Assembly (NCBI GenBank): GCA_018262475.1
Contig: JAGSYW010000001.1
Location: forward strand, 1-45,478
Source: Burkholderiaceae bacterium
GTDB lineage: Bacteria > Pseudomonadota > Gammaproteobacteria > Burkholderiales > Burkholderiaceae_D
Length of the DNA: 45,478 bases
Direction of reading: 5' to 3'
This document shows positions 26,914-36,430 of this stretch, one piece after another; the first letter of the stretch is position 1, and each line of letters starts with the position of its first letter. The notes beneath the pieces were generated by a model, which saw nothing but the letters and a program-made list of their open reading frames with translations, did no database searches and had not been told where the DNA came from. Both the position numbers and the translations under genes were made by a program.

Positions 26914-27380
26914 TTCGCTTTTCCTCCATTTTCATTCCAGCGCGCCATCGCCGTGTCGTCCGAGTCACGTGCATCGACCCAGCGCGCGCCGTCAGACGTC
27001 TGTTCCTTTTTCCACAATGGCGCTGCGGTTTTCAGGTAATCCATCATGAATTCGCACGCAGCAAACGCTTCGCGTCGGTGCATGGCCGCAACCGCTACCA
27101 ACACGATTTGATCCATCGGCTTGAGCGGCCCCACACGATGAATCACCTGTGCATCGAAAAAATTCCAGCGTTGCTTGGCTTCGATGATAATGGCTTCCAG
27201 CGACTGCTGCGTCATGCCGGGATAGTGCTCCAGTTCCATCGCCGTCACTTCCTTGCCATCGTGCAAATCCCGCACTGTACCTACAAAGGCAGCCACCGCC
27301 CCAACCTTGGGGTTATTTGCGCGCAAGGTTGCCACTTCGGTGGTGAGATCAAAATCTTCAGTCTGAACACGAGCAGTCAT
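26910..27380 (-). CDS. moaE: Molybdopterin synthase catalytic subunit MoaE
   Basis: 156 aa. GAVAAFVGTVRD...ELEHYPGMT...HRVG...VAAMHRREAF...LKTAAPLWKKE is typical MoaE. Confidence 0.9.
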   Translation of the reverse strand: MTARVQTEDFDLTTEVATLRANNPKVGAVAAFVGTVRDLHDGKEVTAMELEHYPGMTQQSLEAIIIEAKQRWNFFDAQVIHRVGPLKPMDQIVLVAVAAMHRREAFAACEFMMDYLKTAAPLWKKEQTSDGARWVDARDSDDTAMARWNENGGKAK

Positions 27381-27415
27381 GGATACAGGATGGTTAATAC
27401 GATGAAGGCATTCTT

Positions 27416-27664
27416 ATGCAGGAAATTATCGTCAGAATTGTATTTGATATCGACGAAGATGTGGCCGCCAGAAATCTTTTTTCATACTCACCATGGCAGA
27501 TACCGAAAAGTACCAGAACATTCACAGATCGCCCACCAGAAACAATGGCAGCACTTTCTCTGCTCATGACCGACAATCCAAAAAACTTTTCCAACCTCGA
27601 ATACGCCGCCATGAGGCTCGAAATTCAGCAGAAAATTTGTTATTTCACAAAACCCAATAGCTGA
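27416..27664 (+). CDS. Hypothetical protein (82 aa) in the AT-rich spacer
   Basis: ATG 7 nt after GAAGG. I recognise no family and it may not be expressed. Confidence 0.3.
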   Translation: MQEIIVRIVFDIDEDVAARNLFSYSPWQIPKSTRTFTDRPPETMAALSLLMTDNPKNFSNLEYAAMRLEIQQKICYFTKPNS

Positions 27665-27753
27665 ACGCACAGAAACTATGCTTTATGGCAACAACTCTCT
27701 TCTTCCCTGAATCCATGGATCGTTGAAATTTACCAGTTTCACAAAGGAGTTAT

Positions 27754-29340
27754 ATGTCGGCAAACAAGAAAAAGTCCTCCATGCGGCTAGCGACAAAACT
27801 GGGATGGTTGGTCGCTTGCGCGCTCATTGGTGTTGTAGTCATCTCCGGTTCCTTCCTCTATTCAGAGAGAACCCTGATACTTGAGGAGAGAAAGGCTACC
27901 GTACGCCAGGTAGTTGAGGCCGCACATGCAACCATTGCACACTTTGGAAATCTGGCTCAAAGCGGCAAGCTAAGCGAGCAGGAAGCGAAACAACGTGCGC
28001 TGGAAACACTAGAAGCGCTGCGCTACAACGGACAGGAGTATTTTTGGGTCAATACCATCAGCGCCCATCCCATCATGGTAATGCATCCCGTCTCGAAAAA
28101 TCTGATCGGCACCGATCTGTCTGACATAAGCGACCCTACCGGCAAACGACTTTTTGTTGAAATGACCAATCTGGTAGAACAATCCGAAAAAGGATACGTC
28201 TTCTATTTATGGCCCAAACCAGGCTCAAAGGACCCTATCGAAAAAGTCTCCTATGTTCAGGGGTACAAACCGTGGGGCTGGATGGTGGGTTCAGGCGTGT
28301 ACATTGATACCGTACAAGCAACGATTATGGGCCGGCTTTTGAAATTTGGCGCTGGCACCATTGCATTGGGCATATTGTTGCTACTGGCGGGCATCTTGAT
28401 TGCGCGTAGCGTGCTTCGGCAAATTGGCGGCGAACCCGAAGACGCAGCCAACATTACACAACATTTGGCTGCTGGCGACCTGTACATCGACATTGAACTT
28501 AAAGGCAACGATCATACGAGCCTGCTGTATGCCATGAAGAACATGCGGGACAGCTTTGCCAATATCGTCAAGCAGGTTCGCTCAGACTCGGAGGCAATCG
28601 CAACAGCAACTGCACAGATCGCATCAGGCAACCAAAATCTATCGACCCGCACTGAAGAGCAGGCAAGCTCCCTGGAAGAAACGGCTTCGTCGATGGAACA
28701 ACTTACCTCAACCGTCAGACAGAATGCCGAGAATGCCAGTCAGGCAAACCAACTGGCGATTTCTGCGTCAGATATCGCCACAAATGGAGGAAATGCTGTT
28801 CAGGAAGTCGTTCAAAAAATGCACTCTATTGACGATTCATCAAGAAAAATGGCGGATATCATCAACGTCATTGATGGCATCGCATTCCAGACCAACATCC
28901 TTGCACTGAATGCAGCGGTTGAGGCGGCACGCGCAGGTGAGCAAGGCCGAGGTTTTGCCGTGGTTGCTACAGAAGTGCGTAATCTGGCACAGCGCAGTGC
29001 AAAAGCAGCACAGGAAATTAAGGATTTGATCAACGACTCTGTCAGCAAAGTTGAGGATGGCAGCAAACAGGCTGAGCATGCCGGTGAAACGGTTAAAAAA
29101 GTGGTGGATAGCATTCGGAACGTGCGAAACATCATGGAAGAAATCACGGCAGCCAGCACGGAGCAGAGCGATGGCATCGAACAAGTGAACCGGGCCATTA
29201 TGCAGATGGATTCTGTTACACAGCAAAACGCCGCCTTGGTTGAAGAGGCAGCAGCTGCTGCTGAATCCCTGCGGGCGCTATCCAAGAGTCTGGTGGAAAC
29301 AGTTAAAGTCTTTAAAATCCGTAAAGAGGAGACTTCTTAG
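27754..29340 (+). CDS. Methyl-accepting chemotaxis protein with a single-Cache (sCache_2-like) periplasmic sensor
   Basis: AAGGAG SD motif. TM - Cache-like region (EYFWVN...YLWPKPGS...SYVQGYKPWGWMVGSGVYID) - TM - HAMP - MCP signalling domain (IAFQTNILALNAAVEAARAGEQGRGFAVVA). Confidence 0.9.
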   Translation: MSANKKKSSMRLATKLGWLVACALIGVVVISGSFLYSERTLILEERKATVRQVVEAAHATIAHFGNLAQSGKLSEQEAKQRALETLEALRYNGQEYFWVNTISAHPIMVMHPVSKNLIGTDLSDISDPTGKRLFVEMTNLVEQSEKGYVFYLWPKPGSKDPIEKVSYVQGYKPWGWMVGSGVYIDTVQATIMGRLLKFGAGTIALGILLLLAGILIARSVLRQIGGEPEDAANITQHLAAGDLYIDIELKGNDHTSLLYAMKNMRDSFANIVKQVRSDSEAIATATAQIASGNQNLSTRTEEQASSLEETASSMEQLTSTVRQNAENASQANQLAISASDIATNGGNAVQEVVQKMHSIDDSSRKMADIINVIDGIAFQTNILALNAAVEAARAGEQGRGFAVVATEVRNLAQRSAKAAQEIKDLINDSVSKVEDGSKQAEHAGETVKKVVDSIRNVRNIMEEITAASTEQSDGIEQVNRAIMQMDSVTQQNAALVEEAAAAAESLRALSKSLVETVKVFKIRKEETS

Positions 29341-29415
29341 CGACTGCATTTGACGTGACATTTAACCCGCAGTCTCGCGCGCTACGGATAAGAAGCAGGC
29401 GCTATGCTAGCACTA

Positions 29416-30561
29416 TCAAGTGGCATGCTGCCCCAGCCGCCAAAGCGATGTAACTTCGGCGGAACGCGCCGCATGCAACGGGTCGTTGTCGTCCACCGCT
29501 TTCGGGTGCACTGGCCGGATATCGTGCCGTGCGAGGACTTTCAGTCCAGTGTCATCTATCCATGCCAGCAATTGGTCACGATCGCGCAAGCCAAGGTGCT
29601 CAGCAAGGTCGGACAAAATCAGCCAGCCCTCGCCACCGGGTTCGAGGTGCGCCGCCAAACCGGACAAGAAGCCTTTGAGCATCGCACTGTCCGGGTCGTA
29701 CACCGCGCGCTCAATCGCCGCATTCGGCCGCGCTGGCACCCATGGCGGGTTGCAAACGATCAGTGGCGCCTTTCCTTCGGGAAACAAGTTTACCAACTGC
29801 AGTTCGATCTGGCCGCTCAAGCCTAGCCGGTCGATGTTGTCGACCGCACAGGCAAGCGCGCGCGGGTCCGTGTCTGTCGCAACCACGCGCCGAACACCGC
29901 GTTTGGCCAGCACGGCGGCAATCACGCCGGTGCCGGTGCCGATGTCGAACGCCAATGCAGTCGATGGCAACGGCGCTTGCGCCACCAGTTGCAAATACTC
30001 ACCGCGAACAGGCGAAAACACGCCATAGTGCGGATGGATGCATGCGCCCAGCGCGGCAACCTGCACTCCTTTCTTGCGCCATTCATGCGCGCCGATCAGG
30101 CCCAGCAGTTCGCGCAGCGACACCACCGACGCTTCACCAACCGAGCCGTAAGCCTCCTCGCATGCCGCGCGCACATCCGGCGAACGCCGCAGCGGCACGG
30201 TGTAGTCCGGATCGAGCGGCACCAGCAGCATGCCGAGCGTACGCGCCCGTTGCGACTGTGCCTGCCGGTGCAGGTGAAACGCTTCAATCGGCGACGACGG
30301 CACCGTTTTCGCCTTGCGCGGTTTGCGTCCGGCGCCAGCCGCTCGCCGCGCCATCGCGTTCAGCAACTGACGCGCATTCTGGAAATCGCCGCGCCACAGC
30401 AGCGCAGTTCCTTCGGAAGCCAGACTGAAGGCCTTGTCTGCCGGCATCGTATCGTCGGCGATGACCACCCGTTTCGGCGGCGGTGCATGGTTTTCCGAGC
30501 GCCAGCGCGCCTCGCGCATTTCGCCGTCTTCTTGCCAGTGAATTGTTGGGGTTGCGCTCAT
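29416..30561 (-). CDS. Class I SAM-dependent methyltransferase with an NPPW motif (HemK/PrmC-like catalytic fold) and a ~170-aa N-terminal domain I do not recognise
   Basis: 381 aa. FDIGTGTGVIAA (SAM motif I) and LIVCNPPWVP (N-methyltransferase motif IV). Confidence 0.8.
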   Translation of the reverse strand: MSATPTIHWQEDGEMREARWRSENHAPPPKRVVIADDTMPADKAFSLASEGTALLWRGDFQNARQLLNAMARRAAGAGRKPRKAKTVPSSPIEAFHLHRQAQSQRARTLGMLLVPLDPDYTVPLRRSPDVRAACEEAYGSVGEASVVSLRELLGLIGAHEWRKKGVQVAALGACIHPHYGVFSPVRGEYLQLVAQAPLPSTALAFDIGTGTGVIAAVLAKRGVRRVVATDTDPRALACAVDNIDRLGLSGQIELQLVNLFPEGKAPLIVCNPPWVPARPNAAIERAVYDPDSAMLKGFLSGLAAHLEPGGEGWLILSDLAEHLGLRDRDQLLAWIDDTGLKVLARHDIRPVHPKAVDDNDPLHAARSAEVTSLWRLGQHAT

Positions 30562-30671
30562 AAAATCCCGTATTTCAATCTCGAACTATTTGTAGCAAGG
30601 CTGCGAGGCGCAGGCAGTACGAAAGTACGGCTAGACGAAGCTAACGCAGCTACGGGCAGTTCGGGTTGAAA

Positions 30672-30929
30672 TCAGCCGCCGGTCACCGGCGGGAAAAATG
30701 CGACTTCGCAGCCTTCGGTAATCGGCGTATCCGCCTCGGTCATCACATGGTTGTACGCCATGCGCAGCGATTTGCCTTCGGCCAATGCTTCCGCCCATGC
30801 GCCGCCGCGCGCAACCAGCCACGCGCGCACAGCGCCGACTGTGGTCACTTCGGGCGGCAGGCTCACGTTTTCCGAGGCGGTGCCGACCGCTTCGCGCACG
30901 CTGGCAAAAAAGCGCAGTTCGATTTTCAT
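30672..30929 (-). CDS. moaD: Molybdopterin synthase sulfur-carrier subunit MoaD
   Basis: Internal ATG at 30927-30929. 85 aa, MKIELRFFASVRE...FFPPVTGG with the C-terminal Gly-Gly. It starts 2 nt after the moeA stop. Confidence 0.85.
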   Translation of the reverse strand: MKIELRFFASVREAVGTASENVSLPPEVTTVGAVRAWLVARGGAWAEALAEGKSLRMAYNHVMTEADTPITEGCEVAFFPPVTGG

Positions 30930-30931
30930 GG

Positions 30932-32164
30932 TCAGTAAAGAAGTTCGTTGAAAGGCAGGAAACGGACGATGTCGCCCATTGCAATCAGGTTGTGGGGCGG
31001 ATTGTCGATCAAGCCATCGCCCCAAACAGTCGAAGTCAGCACGCCGGCGCTTTGGTTCGGGAACAGATCCAGTCCGCCCTGCTCGTTAATGCGGGCGCGC
31101 AGGAACTCATTGCGCCGGTCGGCCTTTTGCTGCGCGAAATCGGCTCGCATCGCATAGGCCGTCGGCGCAACCTTTTGCACCCCTTGCAGGCGCAGCATGA
31201 ATGGCTTGACGAACAGCAGAAAGCCGATCAGCACCGACACCGGATTACCTGGCAGACCGATGAAGAACGCATCATCCCTGCCGGCGACACAGCGAATTTC
31301 GCCAAACGCCAGCGGCTTGCCCGGCTTGGACGCGATTTGCCACATGTTCATCCGCCCTTCGGCCTCGACCGCCGGCTTGATGTAATCCTCTTCGCCGACC
31401 GACACCCCGCCGGAGGTGATGATCAGATCGTTTTCCTGCGCCGCGCGCACCAGCGTTTGCCGGGTGGCTGCCAGCGAATCGGGCACGATGCCGTAGTCGG
31501 TGATGTCGCACCCCATGTTCTGCAGCAGACCGCGCAGCGTGAAGCGGTTCGAGTTGTATATCGCTCCCGGCTTGAGTTCCTCGCCCGGCATTGCCAGTTC
31601 GTCGCCGGTAAAAAACACCGCCGCCCGCAGACGGCGCACGACCGGCAACTCTGCCTGTCCGACCGATGCTGCCAACCCCAGCTCCTGCGGCCGCAGGCGC
31701 GTGCCGGCCGGCAGGATTACGCTGCCGCGGCGGATGTCGCCTCCCGCCGGCCGGATCCATTCGCCAGCGCTCGGCTGGTAATTGATGGTCACGCGGTCGC
31801 CATCGGCTATGCACTCTTCCTGCATCACCACCGCATCCGCGCCCGGCGGAATCGGCGCACCGGTGAAAATCCGCGCCGCCGTTCCCGGCTGCAGCAGTTG
31901 TGGCACACTGCCAGCAGGAATGCGCTGCGATACCGGCAGTGTCGCCTTGCCGCTGGCACAGTCTGCCATCCGTACCGCATAACCATCGCGATCGGAATTG
32001 TCCGCCGGCGGCACGTCGAGCTGCGACACTTGCGCTTCAGCCAGAACGCGGCCATTTGCTTCCAGCGTAGGCACCCACTCAACAGCGGTTATCGGCCGGG
32101 CCGCCTTGAGCAGCAAGTCCAGCGCCTCGGCCACGGTCAGCAATGGTTTCGGTTGGTTCATCAT
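30932..32164 (-). CDS. moeA: Molybdopterin molybdenumtransferase MoeA
   Basis: ~410 aa, typical MoeA (...GYAVR...GADAVVMQE...TSGGVSVGEEDY...LPGNPVS). The track start is TTG at 32182. I prefer the ATG at 32164 (or 32161). Confidence 0.9.
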   Translation of the reverse strand: MMNQPKPLLTVAEALDLLLKAARPITAVEWVPTLEANGRVLAEAQVSQLDVPPADNSDRDGYAVRMADCASGKATLPVSQRIPAGSVPQLLQPGTAARIFTGAPIPPGADAVVMQEECIADGDRVTINYQPSAGEWIRPAGGDIRRGSVILPAGTRLRPQELGLAASVGQAELPVVRRLRAAVFFTGDELAMPGEELKPGAIYNSNRFTLRGLLQNMGCDITDYGIVPDSLAATRQTLVRAAQENDLIITSGGVSVGEEDYIKPAVEAEGRMNMWQIASKPGKPLAFGEIRCVAGRDDAFFIGLPGNPVSVLIGFLLFVKPFMLRLQGVQKVAPTAYAMRADFAQQKADRRNEFLRARINEQGGLDLFPNQSAGVLTSTVWGDGLIDNPPHNLIAMGDIVRFLPFNELLY

Positions 32165-32196
32165 TTGTTCTTCTGGTTGCAATGCCGTTCCGGTGG

Positions 32197-32274
32197 CTCA
32201 AAAAATACTCCGGCCAGTATTTTTACATCGCCAGGAAATACGTGGCCAAGCACATTGTTTTCAGCTCATACCCC
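32197..32274 (-). repeat. Dispersed repeat, copy 6 (5' core only, no terminal hairpin module) between thrC and moeA
   Basis: The reverse complement reads GGGGTATGAGCTGAAAACAATGTGCTTGGCCACGTATTTCCTGGCGATGTAAAAATACTGGCCGGAGTATTTTTTGAG. It shares GGGGTAT, GGCCAC and AAATACTGG-N-GGAGTAT-TTTT with copy 1. Confidence 0.65.
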
Positions 32275-32308
32275 GCCCAAAACCTCTATATTAGTGCAGC
32301 CAGTCGCA

Positions 32309-33781
32309 TCACAACCCGGTGCGGGCGGCGATGTAGGCCTTCATTTTTTCGGCATCGACCGGCATCACATCGAAACGCTGCGGCTGCGCCTCGATGTTTT
32401 CGAACCCGGCCGGACGCGGCGCATCCTTACCCAGTGCTTCCTGTATCGTTTCGTTGAACTTTGCCGCCAGCGCGGTTTCCAGCACGATCATCGGCACGCC
32501 GGGTTGCGCATGTTCGCGCGCGACCTTGACGCCATCGGCGGTGTGGGTGTCGATCATCACGCCATACTTGGCGTACACATCGCGGATCGTCTGCAGCCGG
32601 TCGGTATGCACCGACTTGCCGGATTCAAAGCCGAACTGCCCCACTTGCTTGAATTCATCGCCATCGCTGCCAGACTGGCCGGACAAGTCAAAGCCGCCAT
32701 GAGTGTCGATTTTGCCGAACAGGGCGCGCACGCGGTCGCCATCGCGCCCTGTCAGGTCATAGATGAAGCGCTCGAAATTCGATGCCTTCGAAATATCCAT
32801 CGACGGGCTGCTGGTATGGAAAGTTTCGGCCGACTTGCGCACGCGGTACACACCGGTGCGGAAAAATTCGTCCAGCACGTCGTTTTCATTGGTGGCAACC
32901 ACCAGCTTGTCGATCGGCAAGCCCATCATGCGCGCGATGTGTCCGGCGCAGATGTTGCCGAAATTGCCGGACGGCACGGTGAATGACACTTTCTGCTCGT
33001 TCGACGTCGTGGCAGAAAGGTAGCCGCGGAAGTAGTACACCACTTGCGCCACCACGCGCGCCCAGTTGATCGAGTTCACGGTGCCGATCTTTTGCTTCGC
33101 CTTGAACGCCAGATCGTTCGACGCCGCCTTCACCATGTCCTGGCAGTCATCGAACACGCCTTCGACTGCGATGTTGTAAATGTTTTCATCCGGCAAGCTG
33201 AACATTTGCGCGGTCTGGAACGCGCTCATTTTCTGGTGCGGCGACAGCATGAACACGCGGATGCCCTTCTTGCCGCGCATCGCATATTCGGCCGAGCTGC
33301 CGGTATCGCCGGAAGTCGCGCCGAAAATGTTGAGTTCCGCCTTTTGCTTCGCCAGCGCGTATTCGAACAGGTTGCCGAGCAACTGCATCGCCATGTCCTT
33401 GAACGCCAGCGTCGGGCCGTTCGACAACGCCTGCAGGATCAGCGTCTTGCCACCCACGCTTTCAAGCGGGTACAGCGGCGTGATCTGCGGCGCATCCTCA
33501 GGCTGACGCGCGTTGCAGTATACCTCGGCGGTATAAGTCTTGTGCGCCAGCGCCTTCAAATCCGCTTCCGGGATGTCGGTGGCAAATTTCTTCAGAAGCT
33601 CGAATGCCAGATCGGCGTAGGAGAGTTTGCGCCATGCATCAAGTTCAGCGCCTGTCACTTGCGGGTATTCGATCGGCAGGTACAACCCACCATCGGGTGC
33701 CAGACCTTCGAGCAGGATTTCGGAAAACGAACGCGGTGCAGCGGCGCTGCCCTTACCAGCACGGGTAGAAACGTATTGCAT
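32309..33781 (-). CDS. thrC: Threonine synthase
   Basis: Internal ATG at 33779-33781 (MQYVSTRAG...). 490 aa with the PLP site FKDMA. The longer track ORF adds an implausible N-terminus. Confidence 0.92.
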   Translation of the reverse strand: MQYVSTRAGKGSAAAPRSFSEILLEGLAPDGGLYLPIEYPQVTGAELDAWRKLSYADLAFELLKKFATDIPEADLKALAHKTYTAEVYCNARQPEDAPQITPLYPLESVGGKTLILQALSNGPTLAFKDMAMQLLGNLFEYALAKQKAELNIFGATSGDTGSSAEYAMRGKKGIRVFMLSPHQKMSAFQTAQMFSLPDENIYNIAVEGVFDDCQDMVKAASNDLAFKAKQKIGTVNSINWARVVAQVVYYFRGYLSATTSNEQKVSFTVPSGNFGNICAGHIARMMGLPIDKLVVATNENDVLDEFFRTGVYRVRKSAETFHTSSPSMDISKASNFERFIYDLTGRDGDRVRALFGKIDTHGGFDLSGQSGSDGDEFKQVGQFGFESGKSVHTDRLQTIRDVYAKYGVMIDTHTADGVKVAREHAQPGVPMIVLETALAAKFNETIQEALGKDAPRPAGFENIEAQPQRFDVMPVDAEKMKAYIAARTGL

Positions 33782-33890
33782 GATGATTGCGCGAAAACAA
33801 TGTAAAACTCCGATTTTACCCGTAACCTGTATTTGCCGGTGAGCGCGTGCGATAATTCCCGCAACTGTTTGCATAAACCTTGTCAATGTC

Positions 33891-35504
33891 ATGACCATCA
33901 AAGTCGCCATCGCCCAGATCAACTGCACTGTCGGCGATTTCAGCGGAAACCGCATCAGAATCGCCGAAATGGCTCGCCGCGCCGCTGCCGCAGGAGCCGA
34001 TATTCTGCTGACGCCGGAACTGTCAATTTCGGGTTATCCACCGGAAGACCTGCTGCTGCGCAATGCATTTTTCGATCTTACGCAGCAGACGCTCGATGAG
34101 CTGGCTGCCGAACTGGCCAGCCTGAAGGGGCTGCACGTGATTGTTGGCCACCCGCTGCTGCGCGGCGGTCAGCGCTACAACGCCGCTTCGGTGATAGTCG
34201 AGGGCAAACTGCTCGGCACCTACTGCAAGCACAAGCTGCCGAATTACATGGTATTCGACGAAGTGCGCTATTTCGCTTCGGCCGAAGAACCGTTCGTGTT
34301 CGAGCTCAAGGGAACGAAATTCGGCCTGAACATCTGCGAAGACTGCTGGTTCCCTGAATCGCCGCAGGCGGCACGCGCCGCAGGCGCCGAAGTGCTGTTG
34401 ATTCTGAACGGTTCGCCATACCACATGCACAAGCAGCATGTGCGCTACGACATGATGCGCGAAAACGTGCTGGCTGCCGGCATGTCGCTGGTGTATGCGA
34501 ATCTGGTCGGCGGACAGGATGAACTGGTGTTCGACGGAAATTCGTTCGTGATGAACCGGCGTGGCGAACTGTGCCTGCAGTTGCGACACTGCGAAGAAGA
34601 CTGGCGCATGGTCGAATTCGATGGTGCAGAACCGCGCAAGCAACCATTTGAAGGCGACCATTCAATCGAAGCGATGGTCTACCAAGCGCTGGTGGTGGGC
34701 GTACGCGACTACATCGGCAAGAATGGATTTCCTAGCGTCATCATTGGCCTATCAGGCGGGGTCGATTCTGCGTTGACGCTGGCGGTGGCAGTTGATGCCT
34801 TGGGTGCGGACAAGGTGCGCGCGGTGATGATGCCTTCGCCATACACGGCCGACATCTCGCTGGCCGATTCGCGCGACATGGTGCGCCGCGTAGGCGTGCG
34901 CTACGATGAAATCCCGATCAATCCCTGCTTCACCGCTTTCAAAAACATCCTGTCGAAGGAATTCGCTGGACTGGACGAAGACACGACAGAGGAAAATATT
35001 CAGGCGCGAATACGCGGCACGATCCTGATGGCGCTTTCGAACAAGCATGGCTCGATCGTGCTGACCACCGGCAACAAGAGCGAAATGGCGGTCGGCTACT
35101 GCACGCTGTATGGCGACATGGCCGGCGGATTTGCCGTGATCAAGGACATTGCAAAGACGCTGGTTTACCGTCTGTGCCATTACCGCAACACCGTGTCGAA
35201 CATCATCCCCACACGTATCCTGACGCGCGCGCCGTCGGCCGAACTGAAACCCGATCAGACCGATCAGGATTCGCTGCCGCCGTATGAGGTGCTTGACCCT
35301 ATCATGCAGTTGTATATGGAGGAAAACAAGAGCGCGGCCGAGATCGTCGCCGCCGGTTATGCCGCCGCAGATGTACAGCGCATCACCCACCTGATCCGCA
35401 TCAACGAATACAAGCGGCGCCAGGCACCGATTGGCATCCGCGTCACGCATCGCGCCTTCGGCCGCGACTGGCGTTATCCAATCACGTCAAAGTACCGCGA
35501 ATAG
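33891..35504 (+). CDS. nadE: Glutamine-dependent NAD+ synthetase
   Basis: 537 aa. N-terminal nitrilase/CN-hydrolase domain (PELSISGYPPEDL, CED/CW region) plus a C-terminal synthetase domain (LSGGVDSA). Confidence 0.92.
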   Translation: MTIKVAIAQINCTVGDFSGNRIRIAEMARRAAAAGADILLTPELSISGYPPEDLLLRNAFFDLTQQTLDELAAELASLKGLHVIVGHPLLRGGQRYNAASVIVEGKLLGTYCKHKLPNYMVFDEVRYFASAEEPFVFELKGTKFGLNICEDCWFPESPQAARAAGAEVLLILNGSPYHMHKQHVRYDMMRENVLAAGMSLVYANLVGGQDELVFDGNSFVMNRRGELCLQLRHCEEDWRMVEFDGAEPRKQPFEGDHSIEAMVYQALVVGVRDYIGKNGFPSVIIGLSGGVDSALTLAVAVDALGADKVRAVMMPSPYTADISLADSRDMVRRVGVRYDEIPINPCFTAFKNILSKEFAGLDEDTTEENIQARIRGTILMALSNKHGSIVLTTGNKSEMAVGYCTLYGDMAGGFAVIKDIAKTLVYRLCHYRNTVSNIIPTRILTRAPSAELKPDQTDQDSLPPYEVLDPIMQLYMEENKSAAEIVAAGYAAADVQRITHLIRINEYKRRQAPIGIRVTHRAFGRDWRYPITSKYRE

Positions 35505-35879
<375 letters not shown>

Positions 35880-35921
35880 CGCAAACCGGGACCGCTTCAA
35901 CAGCCCCGGCCTGTCAGTGAT

Positions 35922-35942
35922 GGCGCGGCACACTGCCGCGCC
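35922..35942. terminator. 9-bp GC hairpin between convergent glnB and the Sel1 gene
   Basis: GGCGCGGCA-CAC-TGCCGCGCC. There is no clear T-tract on either strand. Confidence 0.35.
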
Positions 35943-35947
35943 AGAGT

Positions 35948-36394
35948 TCATTCCTTCACCGGCTTCCATTCCTTCGCCAGCGCTTTCGCCTGCGCGACCT
36001 GCTGCGGTGTCATCGTTTCTTCCAGATCCTTCATCCGCCGCGTGGCCGGGCCAAAACCCTGATTCGATGACAGCGTCAGCCACTTGACCGCCTCAACCAG
36101 ATCCTTCTTCACCGTCACGCCGCTGGCATACATCTCGCCCACATTGTTTTGCGCTTCCGAGTGCCCCTGGTTGGCAGCCCTGCGTGCCCAAAGCGTGCCT
36201 TTGCGGTCACTGTGATCGACACCGTTCGCGGTCAGGTACAACATCGACAACTGATGCTGCGCTTCCGCATCGCCTTTTTGCGCCTTGGCGGTATATTCCT
36301 TTTCCAGGTCAGTGCTCGACGTGCATCCTGCCAGCGCCATTGCCGCCAGCGCAATCGCACAGGCCGCGCCCCACTTCTTCAATCCTGCGTGCAT
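35948..36394 (-). CDS. Sel1-repeat (TPR-like) lipoprotein
   Basis: Lipobox LAGC. Sel1-type repeats (GDAEAQHQLSMLY...; GHSEAQNNVGEMYASG...). GGAG SD motif. Confidence 0.8.
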   Translation of the reverse strand: MHAGLKKWGAACAIALAAMALAGCTSSTDLEKEYTAKAQKGDAEAQHQLSMLYLTANGVDHSDRKGTLWARRAANQGHSEAQNNVGEMYASGVTVKKDLVEAVKWLTLSSNQGFGPATRRMKDLEETMTPQQVAQAKALAKEWKPVKE

Positions 36395-36430
36395 CTACTC
36401 TCCCCGTTATGTTAGAAACCTGCCAGCCTT

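Noticed and set aside
30785-32986. 733-aa plus-strand ORF spanning the moaD/moeA/thrC region.
   Set aside because: It is antisense to three well-supported genes. The translation is Arg/His/Gln-rich with no recognisable domain, so it is a shadow ORF.
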